A program made the position numbers and the translations under genes. This document shows, piece by piece, positions 28,184-38,280 of a stretch of DNA of 64,000 bases. Position 1 is the first letter of the stretch, and the number at the start of each line of letters is the position of its first letter. The notes under the pieces were generated by a model, which saw only the letters and a list, made by a program, of their open reading frames with translations, had not been told where the DNA came from and made no database searches. The DNA comes from Acidobacteriota bacterium (lineage in GTDB: Bacteria > Acidobacteriota > CAIWXX01). The stretch covers positions 256,001 through 320,000 of the forward strand of contig JBFMAF010000010.1 in NCBI GenBank assembly GCA_040755995.1, in the 5' to 3' direction.

Positions 28184-28639
28184 CTAGGTGGCCTTCTCGG
28201 TCACTTCCTCGAAGCCGATTACCTGCAAGTACTTCTTGCCATCCATCTCCGCCAGATTGGCCTTGACCTTGACGAGCTTGCTGCCGTGGCTGGCCGCCTT
28301 GCAGAGATTCATCATCTCGGTGCCGGTCAGGAGATGGTAGTTCACCTCGCCGCTCTGCAGCACGTGCGTGCACTTCTTCTCGATCTTCAAATCGCACGAA
28401 GCGCAATACAGCTTGCCGGTGATCTCCACCTCCTTCGCCGTCTTCATCATCTCGGCCATGTGTTCGGCGAAGGCCTTGTCCTCGGTCTGCATCGCACAGC
28501 AGTTCGGCATCTCTCCGGATGCCGCCGCACTCTTCATACAGCAGCCCGGCTTATGGGCCGCCATGGGGCACGACGGATTATCCGCGTACACAGCCCATGC
28601 GAGAAGCAGGACTGCCGCAGCTACGAACATGTTCTTCAC
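28184..28639 (-). CDS. Secreted Cys/Met/His-rich protein (DUF6370-like), possible metal binder
   Basis: GAGGAGG RBS, signal peptide, CC pairs, ITGKLYCASCDLK..KKC. Confidence 0.65.
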   Translation of the reverse strand: MKNMFVAAAVLLLAWAVYADNPSCPMAAHKPGCCMKSAAASGEMPNCCAMQTEDKAFAEHMAEMMKTAKEVEITGKLYCASCDLKIEKKCTHVLQSGEVNYHLLTGTEMMNLCKAASHGSKLVKVKANLAEMDGKKYLQVIGFEEVTEKAT

Positions 28640-28817
28640 GCTCTTACCTCCTCAAAGGATTCGTCGCAAAGCATACTAGATTGTGTCGGATGCGCACAAG
28701 AGCTTCTCGACCACGTGTGAAATCCGCGATCAGAAGGTGAGGCCGTTCGATCCATTGACGCTGCAGATGCCACTTGCCCACCGTTGGCATATCGCGTCGA
28801 GACTTGCACTGCCGCTT

Positions 28818-29735
28818 CTAGCGGCTGCCCTTGTCCTTCCTGAAGTACACGCCCTTGAACGTGTACCAGCTGGGCCGTCGCTCTCCGCCTTCCCGGATCT
28901 GCTCGATGCGCACGTGGATCGCGCCGTCCTCTTCGGTCTCGAAGGTGATCGGCAAGACGCCGCGCATCTCGCGCTCGACGTAGGCGGTTTCGTATCTGGA
29001 CTTCCTGAGATTCCAGGTGAACATGCGGATTCGATCGAAGTCCACATCGATCGAGGTCGGTTTGGCATCTGCGAGCAGCAGCTGCGGATGCTCGCCATCC
29101 TCGCCGGTGATGCGATTGAGCTCGATGCATGCCCCGAGCGCCCGGTCCTCCTGGTACGGTTCGAGCTCCGGGCAAATCCTCGGCTCCACCAGCCATCCGG
29201 CCACCCAGCCTGCATGGCCTTCCGCCGATCGTACCTTCAGGAATGACCCGTTGGCGCGGCTATGGTCGAGGATGTAGACGGTGTCGCCCTTACTGAGGCG
29301 GCGCGGGAACGGAGCGTTCTTGTCGGGCTCCATCCGGAGGTTCGCGTCGCCGTTGAGCGCGCCACGGTACTGAACCTGCGCTTTCGCCGCCTCCTCCGCC
29401 ATCCTCCTCGATCGATCCAGCACCTCCAGAGGGGCCGTCTCCGCCTTCAGCACCCAGCCCTCCTCGTCTCTCCTCGTCCGAACCTTCAGCCACTCGTCCT
29501 TCTCGCTCAGAGCCGTCATCTCTTCGCCGTTCGGAATCTCGCGGATCGGCTTGAAGCCGCTTCGCGCAGACAGCATCAGCCCAGTGGACGGCGTGCAGAC
29601 GAAGACCTCCCATGTGGGGGCCTCGACAGTGCTGGTGCAGCCCACCAGAAGAGCCGTCGTTGTGCAGGCCGCCACGGTTCGAATCAATCGTAGCGCGCTG
29701 CGTGAGACCGATGCATGCCCGCTACCCGCTCTCAT
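28818..29735 (-). CDS. SH3-domain lipoprotein
   Basis: LLVGC lipobox; two SH3-like segments (WLKVRT..EGWV, FLKVRS..AGWV). Confidence 0.72.
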   Translation of the reverse strand: MRAGSGHASVSRSALRLIRTVAACTTTALLVGCTSTVEAPTWEVFVCTPSTGLMLSARSGFKPIREIPNGEEMTALSEKDEWLKVRTRRDEEGWVLKAETAPLEVLDRSRRMAEEAAKAQVQYRGALNGDANLRMEPDKNAPFPRRLSKGDTVYILDHSRANGSFLKVRSAEGHAGWVAGWLVEPRICPELEPYQEDRALGACIELNRITGEDGEHPQLLLADAKPTSIDVDFDRIRMFTWNLRKSRYETAYVEREMRGVLPITFETEEDGAIHVRIEQIREGGERRPSWYTFKGVYFRKDKGSR

Positions 29736-30513
29736 GAAACACCTCCGGGAACATCCGCTGAAAGTTGCCGGCAGTCGCGGTCGCCACTCGAGCCACGTCG
29801 ATCTTCCGGATGTCGGCCACCGTCTCGGCCACACGCACTACGAACGACGGCTCGTTTCTCTTTCCCCGATGAGGCACCGGTGCCAGATAGGGAGAGTCGG
29901 TTTCCACCAGAATCATCTCCTCGGGAAGCGACGCGACTGCTTCGCGGATCTTCTCAGCCTTCGGAAACGTCACAATGCCAGAGAAAGAGATCATGAACCC
30001 AAGCTCGACCATGCGATTCGCCAGATCGGCGTCTCCTGTGAAGCAATGCATGATTCCATTGAGCCGGCCCGGTCGAAAGTGGCGGGAGAGAATCGAATGC
30101 AGGTCGTCGTCCGATTCGCGCGAGTGGACGATGACCGGCAGGCCGCGATCGTTCGCCATCCGCACCTGCGCCTCGAATGCCGCTCGCTGATCCTCCGGCG
30201 GTGACAGGTTGTAATGGAAGTCCAGTCCGATTTCGCCCCAGGCGATCACCGCGGGGTCCTTCGAAGCTTCCGTCATGAAGGCCGCGACTGAGCGGTCGAA
30301 CAGCCTCGCATTGTGAGGGTGTATCCCCACCGTCGTCCGGATCCAGGGATGAGCCCGCACGAGGTCCAGCGACCTCTGGAAGATCGCAGGCGAGCTGGCA
30401 TCGCCGATCGACACCATCCTCCGAACTCCGGCGCTCTCCGCCCGAGCGATCACCTCGTCGCGATCGGAGTCGAAATCCTCCATGTCGAGGTGGCAGTGCG
30501 AGTCGATGAACAT
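29722..30513 (-). CDS. tatD: TatD family hydrolase
   Basis: DSHCH, GIHPH, GEIGLD, HSRE, MHCF, ETDSPY, RGKRNEP. Confidence 0.95.
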   Translation of the reverse strand: MFIDSHCHLDMEDFDSDRDEVIARAESAGVRRMVSIGDASSPAIFQRSLDLVRAHPWIRTTVGIHPHNARLFDRSVAAFMTEASKDPAVIAWGEIGLDFHYNLSPPEDQRAAFEAQVRMANDRGLPVIVHSRESDDDLHSILSRHFRPGRLNGIMHCFTGDADLANRMVELGFMISFSGIVTFPKAEKIREAVASLPEEMILVETDSPYLAPVPHRGKRNEPSFVVRVAETVADIRKIDVARVATATAGNFQRMFPEVFHESG

Positions 30514-30520
30514 GATGCCG

Positions 30521-30555
30521 GTTGACAGTTGTCAGTTGTCAGTTGTCGGTTGTCA
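30521..30555. repeat. Period-7 tract (GTTGTCA x5) just upstream of tatD
   Basis: gttgaca gttgtca gttgtca gttgtcg gttgtca. Confidence 0.85.
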
Positions 30556-30741
30556 GCCAACCGAGGACGGAATAGACGCTTGTGGTTGACACGACGGGCT
30601 TACCCCCGCGTGCACCAAGACGCCGCAGGTGCAGCGAACGGGTCCCGGCGTCCCAAGGTATCGCCGCCTCAGCGTCGCACGCCAAGGGACGCGGCGAGGC
30701 ATGCTGACTCGGATCTCGCCACCAGCTCGTCTCCAACATAC

Positions 30742-32652
30742 TCACTTCACGAGCGCGCCTGGCGGCGGATCTCCCTCGAAAGTGGCGATCGTCGGCGACC
30801 CGCCGACCGTTGCGGCGAGCAGCATGCCGCGGCTCTCGACACCCCGCAGCATCGCCGGCCGCAGATTCACGACCACAATGATCTTCTTGCCGACCAGCGC
30901 CTGCGGCTCGTAGGCCTCGGCGATGCCCGCCACGATCTGCCTCTTCTCGGTGCCGATGTCGACGACGAGCTTCATCAGCTTCTTGGTCCCCTCGACCCGT
31001 TCGGCCGAAACCACCTGCGCCACCCTCAACTCGACTCTCTGGAACTCCTCGATCGAGATGGGCTCCGTTTCTACCTTCTTCGGTTCTTCCACTTTCTTCA
31101 CCTCTTTCGGCTTGTGGTTTTCGATTCGCGGGAAAAGCGCGGCATGCGAAGGCCGAATCCGGAACTCGCGATCGGGACGGAACTCCCACGGATCTTCCTG
31201 CGGGGCGCCGATCGCATCCGCGATGCTCTGGGCGGCGCCCGGGAGCGCCGGAGCCACCAGCAAAGCAATAGCGCGCAGCCCCTCGGCGCATGTCAGCAGA
31301 ACCCGCAACAACCTGGGCCGCTTGACCGGATCGTCCAGGAGCGTCCAGGGCTCGGATACCGCCACGTATCTGTTCAGGACGTTCACGAACTCCCAGTCCG
31401 CCACCATCGCCCGGCTGGGCGCGTACTCCTCGAATGCCCGAATCGCGTCTTTGCTACATCTGTAGTAATTCGCGCTCACCGCCTGCTCCTCGGCACCCGC
31501 CTCGGCCGCGCCGGCGCTGCTCAACACCAAGGCCGGCTCGCCGGCGGGCGGCAGCGCTCTGGCGAAGAGGCGCTGGATACGGCTGTTGAGATTGCCCAGG
31601 TCGTTGGCCAGGTCGTAGTTGTACCGGTCGACGACGGCCTCCTCGGAGAAGTTGCTGTCGAGGCCGAGGGGGACTTCGCGGAGGAGGAAGTAGCGGAGCG
31701 GGTCCGGGCCGAAGCGATCGATGAGGGGCCCGGGGTTGAAGACGTTGCCCAGCGACTTGGACATCTTCCGGTCGTCCTGCAGCCACCAGCCGTGGGCGAA
31801 GACGGTCTGAGGGAGCGGCAACCCGGCGGACATCAGGAAGGCGGGCCAGTAGACGGCATGGAAGCGGAGGATGTCTTTGCCGACCAGATGGAGTGTGGCC
31901 GGCCAGCGGCGCAAGAACGACTCCTCGTCGGTGCCGTACCCGATCCCGGTCAGGTAGTTGGTCAGGGCGTCGAACCAGACGTAGATCACCTGCTCGGGGT
32001 CGTCCGGCACGGGAATGCCCCATCGAACGCTCGAGCGTGTCACGGAGAGATCGCGCAGCCCCCCGCGCACGAACTCCGTCACCTCGTTGTACCGGCTCTC
32101 GGGCCGGATGAAACCCGGGTTGGCGCGGTAGTAATCGAGCAGCGGCACCTGGTACTTGGAGAGCCTGAAGTAGTAGCAGCGCTCCTTCAGGATCTCCGTC
32201 TCCTTGAAACAGTCCGGGCAGCGCCTGTCCTGGATCTCCCGCTCGGTGACGAATTTCTCGCATGAGGTGCAGTACCACCCCTCGTACTCGCCCGCATAGA
32301 TGTCCCCCTTGGAACGGACGATGTCGAACAGGCGCTGAACGCCCCGCTCGTGCACCGCATCGGTCGTTCTGATGAACTGCGAGTACTGTATGCCCATCCG
32401 CGTCCACAGATCGAGGTAGTTGTGGACGACCCTGTCGGCCAGCTCCTTGGGACTGATACCCTGCTTCGCCGCGGCCTTCTCCACCTTCTGGCCGTGCTCG
32501 TCGGTCCCTGTGAGGAAGAAAACATCGCGCCCTCGGGATCGCATGTGACGCGCGATCGCATCGGCCACCACAGTCGTGTAGATGTGGCCGAGATGCGGAT
32601 TGTCGTTGACGTAGTAGATCGGCGTCGTGATGTAGAACTTATCTTTGTTCAT
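30742..32652 (-). CDS. metG: Methionine--tRNA ligase with C-terminal tRNA-binding domain
   Basis: YITTPIYY, HLGH, GTDEHG, CxxC knuckles, YVWFDAL, GKDILRFH, KMSKS, C-terminal OB fold. Confidence 0.98.
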   Translation of the reverse strand: MNKDKFYITTPIYYVNDNPHLGHIYTTVVADAIARHMRSRGRDVFFLTGTDEHGQKVEKAAAKQGISPKELADRVVHNYLDLWTRMGIQYSQFIRTTDAVHERGVQRLFDIVRSKGDIYAGEYEGWYCTSCEKFVTEREIQDRRCPDCFKETEILKERCYYFRLSKYQVPLLDYYRANPGFIRPESRYNEVTEFVRGGLRDLSVTRSSVRWGIPVPDDPEQVIYVWFDALTNYLTGIGYGTDEESFLRRWPATLHLVGKDILRFHAVYWPAFLMSAGLPLPQTVFAHGWWLQDDRKMSKSLGNVFNPGPLIDRFGPDPLRYFLLREVPLGLDSNFSEEAVVDRYNYDLANDLGNLNSRIQRLFARALPPAGEPALVLSSAGAAEAGAEEQAVSANYYRCSKDAIRAFEEYAPSRAMVADWEFVNVLNRYVAVSEPWTLLDDPVKRPRLLRVLLTCAEGLRAIALLVAPALPGAAQSIADAIGAPQEDPWEFRPDREFRIRPSHAALFPRIENHKPKEVKKVEEPKKVETEPISIEEFQRVELRVAQVVSAERVEGTKKLMKLVVDIGTEKRQIVAGIAEAYEPQALVGKKIIVVVNLRPAMLRGVESRGMLLAATVGGSPTIATFEGDPPPGALVK

Positions 32653-33847
32653 TGGGATGGGTCCTCAGAAACGAAGCAACCGCCTCCGCTTGCACCTTCT
32701 TCAGCGGAACGCGCGCCTCGCGCGCCAGCGCGGCGCAATCCTCGTACTCGGGGTGGTAGTTGACGATCCGGCCTTCCAGCCTCCCGATCTTCATGCGAAC
32801 GTCCCCCCACGGCGTCTGGACGGTCTCGCTCTCGCGGTCGAGCGTGAGCCTGTTCATTCTGGAAAAACGCAAACCGAGGCTGGTGGTCTCCTCGAAAAGA
32901 AGGCGCGATAGCGCCTGGATGTGCTCGGCGTCGCTCAGGCACGTCAGCTTCACCGCCGGGCGGTTCTTCTTCATATAGATGGGGGTGAAGTACACCTCGA
33001 TGGCTCCGATTGCTAGCGCTCTCTCGAACAGGTACCCTGCCACCTGCCCGTTCATGTCGTCGATGGTCGCCTCGATCACCTCGACTTCCTCCGCACGGGC
33101 TCCCGATCGCCCGTCCGCATCTTCCCCCAGAAACACCCTCAGCACGTTTGGATAGCCCGCGCTGTCGTTGTCGCCTGCGCCATAGCCGACTCGATCGTAG
33201 ACGAAAGCGGGGAAGCCGGTGAACTCGGGCCGCAGTGCGCGGATGATGGCAGCTCCAGTGGGCGTGACTCGTTCAAGCGGCGGGCCGGCCTGGTAGACAG
33301 GGACGCCGCGGAGCAGCTCCGCAGTAGCCGGGGCGGGGACGGGATACGTGCCATGGCTGCACGTGGCCGTGCCGTGCCCGACGTTGAGAGGCGAACATGT
33401 CACCCTGTCGACGTCGAGTGCCTCGATCAGGAAAAAGGATCCCAGGACGTCGATCAAGGCGTCGACTGCCCCCGCCTCGTGCAGGTGAACGCTCCTCAGA
33501 TCCTGGCCGTGAATGGCGGCCTCGGCATCGAACAGGTGTCGAAATGCCGCTTCGCCGCGCTGTCGCACGGCCGGCGAGAGCTGCTGCGCGCGCGACAGCA
33601 GCTCCATGACCTCACCCAGGTTCCGGTGCATGTCCCTCAGGCGGGTGACATCCACGGTGATCTTGGACGCAGAGACGCCGGCCCGCCGCACTCTGGTCGA
33701 GACCAGGTCGCAATCGCCGCCTCCAGCCAACGGCAGCATCTTCTCTCTCAGCTGTCCGAAGCGCGCCGGTTCGAGGTCGCAGAGAGCCCCGAGCAGCATG
33801 TCGCCGCTCACCCCGGCGAAACAGTCCAGATACAGGTGCCTTCCCAT
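32639..33847 (-). CDS. larC: Nickel pincer cofactor biosynthesis protein LarC
   Basis: DCFAGVSGDMLLGAL, HLHEAGAVD, HGTYPVPAPAT, TPTGAA, MKKNRP, PEYEDC. Confidence 0.92.
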   Translation of the reverse strand: MGRHLYLDCFAGVSGDMLLGALCDLEPARFGQLREKMLPLAGGGDCDLVSTRVRRAGVSASKITVDVTRLRDMHRNLGEVMELLSRAQQLSPAVRQRGEAAFRHLFDAEAAIHGQDLRSVHLHEAGAVDALIDVLGSFFLIEALDVDRVTCSPLNVGHGTATCSHGTYPVPAPATAELLRGVPVYQAGPPLERVTPTGAAIIRALRPEFTGFPAFVYDRVGYGAGDNDSAGYPNVLRVFLGEDADGRSGARAEEVEVIEATIDDMNGQVAGYLFERALAIGAIEVYFTPIYMKKNRPAVKLTCLSDAEHIQALSRLLFEETTSLGLRFSRMNRLTLDRESETVQTPWGDVRMKIGRLEGRIVNYHPEYEDCAALAREARVPLKKVQAEAVASFLRTHPNEQR

Positions 33848-34020
33848 GGCCTAGTATTATTCATCAGAACCCGCCGATTCGCCAGTAGCGACCGGATGCG
33901 CAGCAATCAGACGGCTCCCAGGCCTCTCACGAGCATTCGCCCGAGCGCGGGTCTTGGGGCCGCTCTTGTCGACTTCGAAGGGACCAGGTTGCTGTGATAG
34001 CATCATGTCCCGGGACTGAG

Positions 34021-34668
34021 ATGTCGAACAGACGTGCGGAGATCCGTGTTCTGGTGGTCGAAGACCATACATTTGTGCGCCAGGGCCTGGTCTCCATGAT
34101 CGAACAGCAGCCCGATATGACGGTTGTGGGCGAGGTCTCCAATGGCAGAGACGCAGTGGATGGCTTTCGGAAGCTCAAGCCCACGGTCACGCTCATGGAC
34201 CTGCGCCTGCCGGAGATGGACGGGTTCGAAGCGATGCAGCTGATCCGCACACTGGATCCGCAGGCAAGGATTGTCGTTCTGACGGCATGCCAGGGCGACG
34301 AAGATATCTACCGGGCGCTCGATGCGGGTGCGTTGGGGTATCTGATGAAAGCGTCGTGCCGGGAAGAGGTGCTGCAGACGATCCGCATGGCCCACGCTGG
34401 GAAGCGCAGGATCGCGGCGAGTGTCGCAGCATGCCTGGCCGAGATGATGCCGCGCATGGACCTGACACCGCGCGAAGTGGAAGTGTTGAGACTCGTGGCC
34501 CGGGGAGAGAGCAACAAAGAGATCGGAGTCGCACTCTCGATCAACGAAACGACCGTGAAGGTCCACGTCCGCAGCATTCTCGGGAAGCTCGGAGCGCGAG
34601 ACCGCACCGAAGCCGTCATGATCGCGCTTCGGCGGGGGATCATCTGCGTCGGGCGCACCTACTACTAA
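34021..34668 (+). CDS. NarL/LuxR family response regulator
   Basis: VEDH, MDLRLPEMDG, GDEDIYRAL, LTPREVEVL..SNKEI..TVKVH. Confidence 0.93.
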   Translation: MSNRRAEIRVLVVEDHTFVRQGLVSMIEQQPDMTVVGEVSNGRDAVDGFRKLKPTVTLMDLRLPEMDGFEAMQLIRTLDPQARIVVLTACQGDEDIYRALDAGALGYLMKASCREEVLQTIRMAHAGKRRIAASVAACLAEMMPRMDLTPREVEVLRLVARGESNKEIGVALSINETTVKVHVRSILGKLGARDRTEAVMIALRRGIICVGRTYY

Positions 34669-34677
34669 AGTAGTAGG
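34658..34677. promoter_or_regulatory. Perfect inverted repeat CCTACTACT-AA-AGTAGTAGG, putative NarL-type operator
   Basis: 9-2-9 palindrome over the regulator stop codon, upstream of the next gene. Confidence 0.6.
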
Positions 34678-34733
34678 CGATTCTACTTCCCCCGGCGGAT
34701 GCGCCGCCCGCCGTCTCGTTCTATCTTGTCGCC

Positions 34734-35312
34734 ATGCTGATTCCGCTGATCGCGCAACCGGGTACGGCGCGTGGTGCGGCCCCGCGACGGGCGCGCCGTG
34801 CGTTCCACAGTGGCTCGGTCCTCTTGATCGGCCTTCTCTTCGGTCTCGGAGGTTGTCTTCGGCCTTCACCGCCTGAAGAGAAAGAGATCGCCCGGCTGGT
34901 CGAGAGCGAATGGAAGTCGAGTCCTGTGATCTACCTCAAGCCCGCAGTTGGCGGGCAACCCCCCACGGCATTGGCAAGACCCCCGTCCCAGAGCACCACG
35001 ATCATGAGCATCGCCGTCGGGACCGCCGAGGACGGTCAGTTCTGGCAGAGCGGAGGCGCTACCGACACATTTGGACCCCGGACGGGTGGAACCGGCATTC
35101 AGGTCGACCCAACGGCCGGTCCGACGAAGCTCGGGCCCAAGATCAAGATCTGGCCACTGAAAGCACGGATCAATTGGACCCACCAAGACACGTACGCATT
35201 GGGCGCGCAGAAGGAGGTCACCGAGGAACAGGACTACGCCTGCTTCCTGTATCAGGACAAGGACGGCGCCTGGAAGGTGACCTTTGCGCCGCCCGCGCAA
35301 GGATATCTCTGA
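34734..35312 (+). CDS. Hypothetical lipoprotein
   Basis: Hydrophobic stretch ending LGGC; TATCTT -10 element 6 nt upstream of ATG. Confidence 0.65.
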   Translation: MLIPLIAQPGTARGAAPRRARRAFHSGSVLLIGLLFGLGGCLRPSPPEEKEIARLVESEWKSSPVIYLKPAVGGQPPTALARPPSQSTTIMSIAVGTAEDGQFWQSGGATDTFGPRTGGTGIQVDPTAGPTKLGPKIKIWPLKARINWTHQDTYALGAQKEVTEEQDYACFLYQDKDGAWKVTFAPPAQGYL

Positions 35313-35313
35313 G

Positions 35314-35871
35314 ATGGTGGGTGGGCATGGCGATAGCGGGCGCGCCTCGGTTTCCCGGTGGAAGAGCATCGAGGAAGTGCTGCTCGCGAAGAGCGTCACG
35401 GCGAAGATTCTTTCCCTTTTCCCCATCGCATTGCCAACGGTCTTCGCTGTTCCACGGGGCGAGGGGTTTTCTGACATCAATGTCATCCTGGGAGCGTTTG
35501 TTGCGACCGCGCCGCTAACCGTCGCGGTCGCGGTCGCCGGCGTGATGCTCGTGCGGGACGCCGACGCCAGGGGGAACCCAGCGTTCGATCCCTTGTTGAT
35601 CCCCTGGATGTTGTTCGCACTTGGCATCGTGACCCTGGTCTCCACGCTCGTTGCCAGCTGGCTCGGCGTCGGAGCAGGGATCACGGTTTCAGAGATCTGG
35701 CGGCGGGCCGGCGGCGGAGCAACGGCGATACTTGGATTCCCGATCGCAGTTGTGGAGTACTACTACGAGTGGTACGGACTCCGCGCACTGCTCTCCTCCT
35801 TCGTTGCAGGCGCCTTCCTCGCGTGGTTGTGGACCAGCAAGCTCCTGCCTGCGAAAACCGATCAGGAGTAG
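35314..35871 (+). CDS. Hypothetical membrane protein
   Basis: About 5 hydrophobic segments; starts right after the previous stop. Confidence 0.6.
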   Translation: MVGGHGDSGRASVSRWKSIEEVLLAKSVTAKILSLFPIALPTVFAVPRGEGFSDINVILGAFVATAPLTVAVAVAGVMLVRDADARGNPAFDPLLIPWMLFALGIVTLVSTLVASWLGVGAGITVSEIWRRAGGGATAILGFPIAVVEYYYEWYGLRALLSSFVAGAFLAWLWTSKLLPAKTDQE

Positions 35872-35950
35872 TCAGTGACCATGCGGACGACGCATACGAC
35901 AACTATTCGCCACAGAATTCATGCTGCTGGAATGAGGCCTGGAGGGTGAC

Positions 35951-36774
35951 ATGGGAAACGCCGGGCGATGGGAGGTGCAGCTACAGGAGCGGGTGGTGGC
36001 CGTGCCGCTACCTGGGGGCTGGAGGGCCACGGAGCAGCCGATTCCCCAGGGCGTGGCGATCGGCGATCGGCATCGCACACTCCTCGTCTATGATCCTGAG
36101 CTGCGACAGTGCCGCCTCGATCTGGTCATGGCGACCGGCGATCGCGTCCGCGCGGTGTGCCAGAACGCACAGGCCGGCCGTCAGCTGACTCACTCGTCTC
36201 ACATCGCCAACGTGATCGAAGCCGGCTGGATCGAGCCCGATCTCTACTATCAGCTCTCCGATCTCACACCGTCAGCAGAGGAGCTCCGGGTGGGAAAGGC
36301 CGTCGACGACGTGTGACTGCGGGCGATCTCGGGTGTCCTGGTGTCGGGTCTGGCCCATCTCCATCACGGAGGTTTCGTTCATGGGGCGCTGTCACCGGCG
36401 TGCCTGGTCCCCGCTTTCCCGGTACCCAGGCTCGGTGCGCTGTGGTGGGTTCACACCTCGGACGGGGAACCTCTCTCTCCGCTCCTCGCGGGAGTCTACT
36501 GGTCCACGTTGCCCGCTCTCTCACGATCTTGCGCCGCACCGGAGCTCGCGCACTGGGGAGTGCCCCGGATGACGCAGACGAATGGAACCGATTCGATGCT
36601 CGCGGCGTGATGAACTTGCTGGAAGTGACCGGGCCGCTACCACAGGCGCTCCTGGTGCAGGTCTCCAGCGATAGCGACGAGCCAGACAAGGTGCTGTGCC
36701 GAGCCGGTTCTGAGACGCCGCCCAGGGACTGGGTAGCGAAAATCGAGTCGTGCATGCGTCCCACGAGGAAGTAG
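35951..36774 (+). pseudogene. Degenerate protein-kinase-like gene interrupted by an in-frame TGA (36314)
   Basis: HIANVIEAG, then in the same frame GLAHLHHGGFVHGALSPACL...APE; probable further frameshift near 36610. Confidence 0.55.
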
Positions 36775-36949
36775 AGTCACTGCAAGGTCCAGAAGGAAAG
36801 GGGTGTCCACCATGAAGAGAGCCGCATTGGGTCGCCGCTGCGCCAGCAGGCCGTCATCGCCTGCCCGCATTCCCGCCGTGCCCAGTGTCCGTCACGTCTT
36901 CCGAACAACCCCTTCGAGCTGTCCTGAGGCCGATTCCGCGCTGCGCTCG

Positions 36950-38194
36950 ATGCGAGCCGGGGCAGTGCTTCGGTCACTCGATCGTGCGTGCACGGAGAAC
37001 GGCAAGAAGAGTCTACTCGGCCGAGCATGCCTGATCCTGTCTGCCGCCGTCTGGTTCCACGGCGGCATGATCTGGGCGCAGACGCCGGTCACCCGCCTCG
37101 TGATCGACGACCAGAAAGGGAAGGACGCCAGTCCGAGAATCGCGGCGCTCGGAAACGGTCGCTACGCAATCCTGTGGAGCAGGTACGCCGACGACTACGA
37201 GTCGATGCTGTATGGGCGCGTCGTCGACATCGAGGGCCGGACCATCACACCCGTTCGAAAGAGCATGTTGGGGACAACCGTGGCGGATCCCTGGGCATTC
37301 GACGTCGCAGCGCAAGGCGCAGGTGTCTTTCTGATGGCAGCTGAGCGGTCGTCAGATGAATCGATCGTTACCCGCAAGTTCGGATCGAACGCGAAACCTC
37401 TTTCGGCGCTGGTAGTTGCCACATCGCCAGGAGATGATCCGACCCTCGCCGTGGGCTCAGCCGGCACGGCGCTCGGGTGTACCTGGGGTGCACAGACCTA
37501 CGCCGGCCTGCTGGATGCAGCGGGCCGGATCAGCGGCGACCTGCTCGCGCTTCAGGCGTCTTCAACGTCCAGGTACTTCTTCGGCCTGCATCTGGTCGAA
37601 ACTCCATCCGGGTTTCTATACGTCGGAATCGAGACGACCAGCGACTACTCCGATCGGCGAGCGGCTGGTTGTGCGATTCGATCCGATGCCGGCAGTGCGA
37701 CGAAGGCGACCGCCTACCAGGGGTTCCAGGCCAACGCGGGAAACCCTTACCTCGATGCTGCGTTCGATGGCCCCAGGGGGCTTGTCCTGTTCGGCAGAGG
37801 AGTGGTCGGCGCCGGCGGTATCGGGTACTACAGGCAGCTCAAGAGTGATGGACGGCCGGCGGCGCCGGCCAGGCGCTTTCCGACAAGCGGCGCCACGACG
37901 GCGCACATGTTCAGCGTCCACCCACTGACCGGTACCGATCGCTTCGCATGCGCTTGGCTGGATGAGACGAATTGGAATGCTTACCTGCAGATACGCAAAA
38001 TCGATGGAAGCGCGTCCGCTGCCGCAGTGCAACTCTCTTCGAATTACTGGGCGATGAGCGACCAGGAGATCGCGATGGCGTACGACGCGCCGACCAACAG
38101 GATTCTGGCGGCGTGGATCGAGCGTGCGACTACTCAGAATCCCACAGCCGTCTGGATCGGTGTTTTCGGCCTCGCCGTCGAGGTCCGGGAGTGA
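36950..38194 (+). CDS. Hypothetical secreted repeat protein (start uncertain)
   Basis: Long ORF, hydrophobic signal ending IWA-Q, recurring A/I-L-W and F-A-C-A-W segments. Confidence 0.65.
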   Translation: MRAGAVLRSLDRACTENGKKSLLGRACLILSAAVWFHGGMIWAQTPVTRLVIDDQKGKDASPRIAALGNGRYAILWSRYADDYESMLYGRVVDIEGRTITPVRKSMLGTTVADPWAFDVAAQGAGVFLMAAERSSDESIVTRKFGSNAKPLSALVVATSPGDDPTLAVGSAGTALGCTWGAQTYAGLLDAAGRISGDLLALQASSTSRYFFGLHLVETPSGFLYVGIETTSDYSDRRAAGCAIRSDAGSATKATAYQGFQANAGNPYLDAAFDGPRGLVLFGRGVVGAGGIGYYRQLKSDGRPAAPARRFPTSGATTAHMFSVHPLTGTDRFACAWLDETNWNAYLQIRKIDGSASAAAVQLSSNYWAMSDQEIAMAYDAPTNRILAAWIERATTQNPTAVWIGVFGLAVEVRE

Positions 38195-38280
38195 GTGGAT
38201 GGAGTCCGGAATCCGGCCCACGTGCTGCCGGCCTCGCCGAGACCAGGTTCTCAAACGCGCGAAGGAAAGGGGAGTCGAAT

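Noticed and set aside
30556..30741. metG-tatD spacer as small ORF, T-box or SAM riboswitch
   Set aside because: It lies downstream of metG, has no consensus motifs, and the short ORF has no recognisable similarity
30529..32265. 578-aa plus-strand ORF (similarly 49565-51151, 15872-17233, 27010-27993)
   Set aside because: Antisense to well-supported genes (metG, ArsA-like, CocE, nnr)
36314..36316. Selenocysteine or programmed read-through at the in-frame TGA
   Set aside because: Not a redox Cys position, no convincing SECIS, and the gene shows other signs of decay
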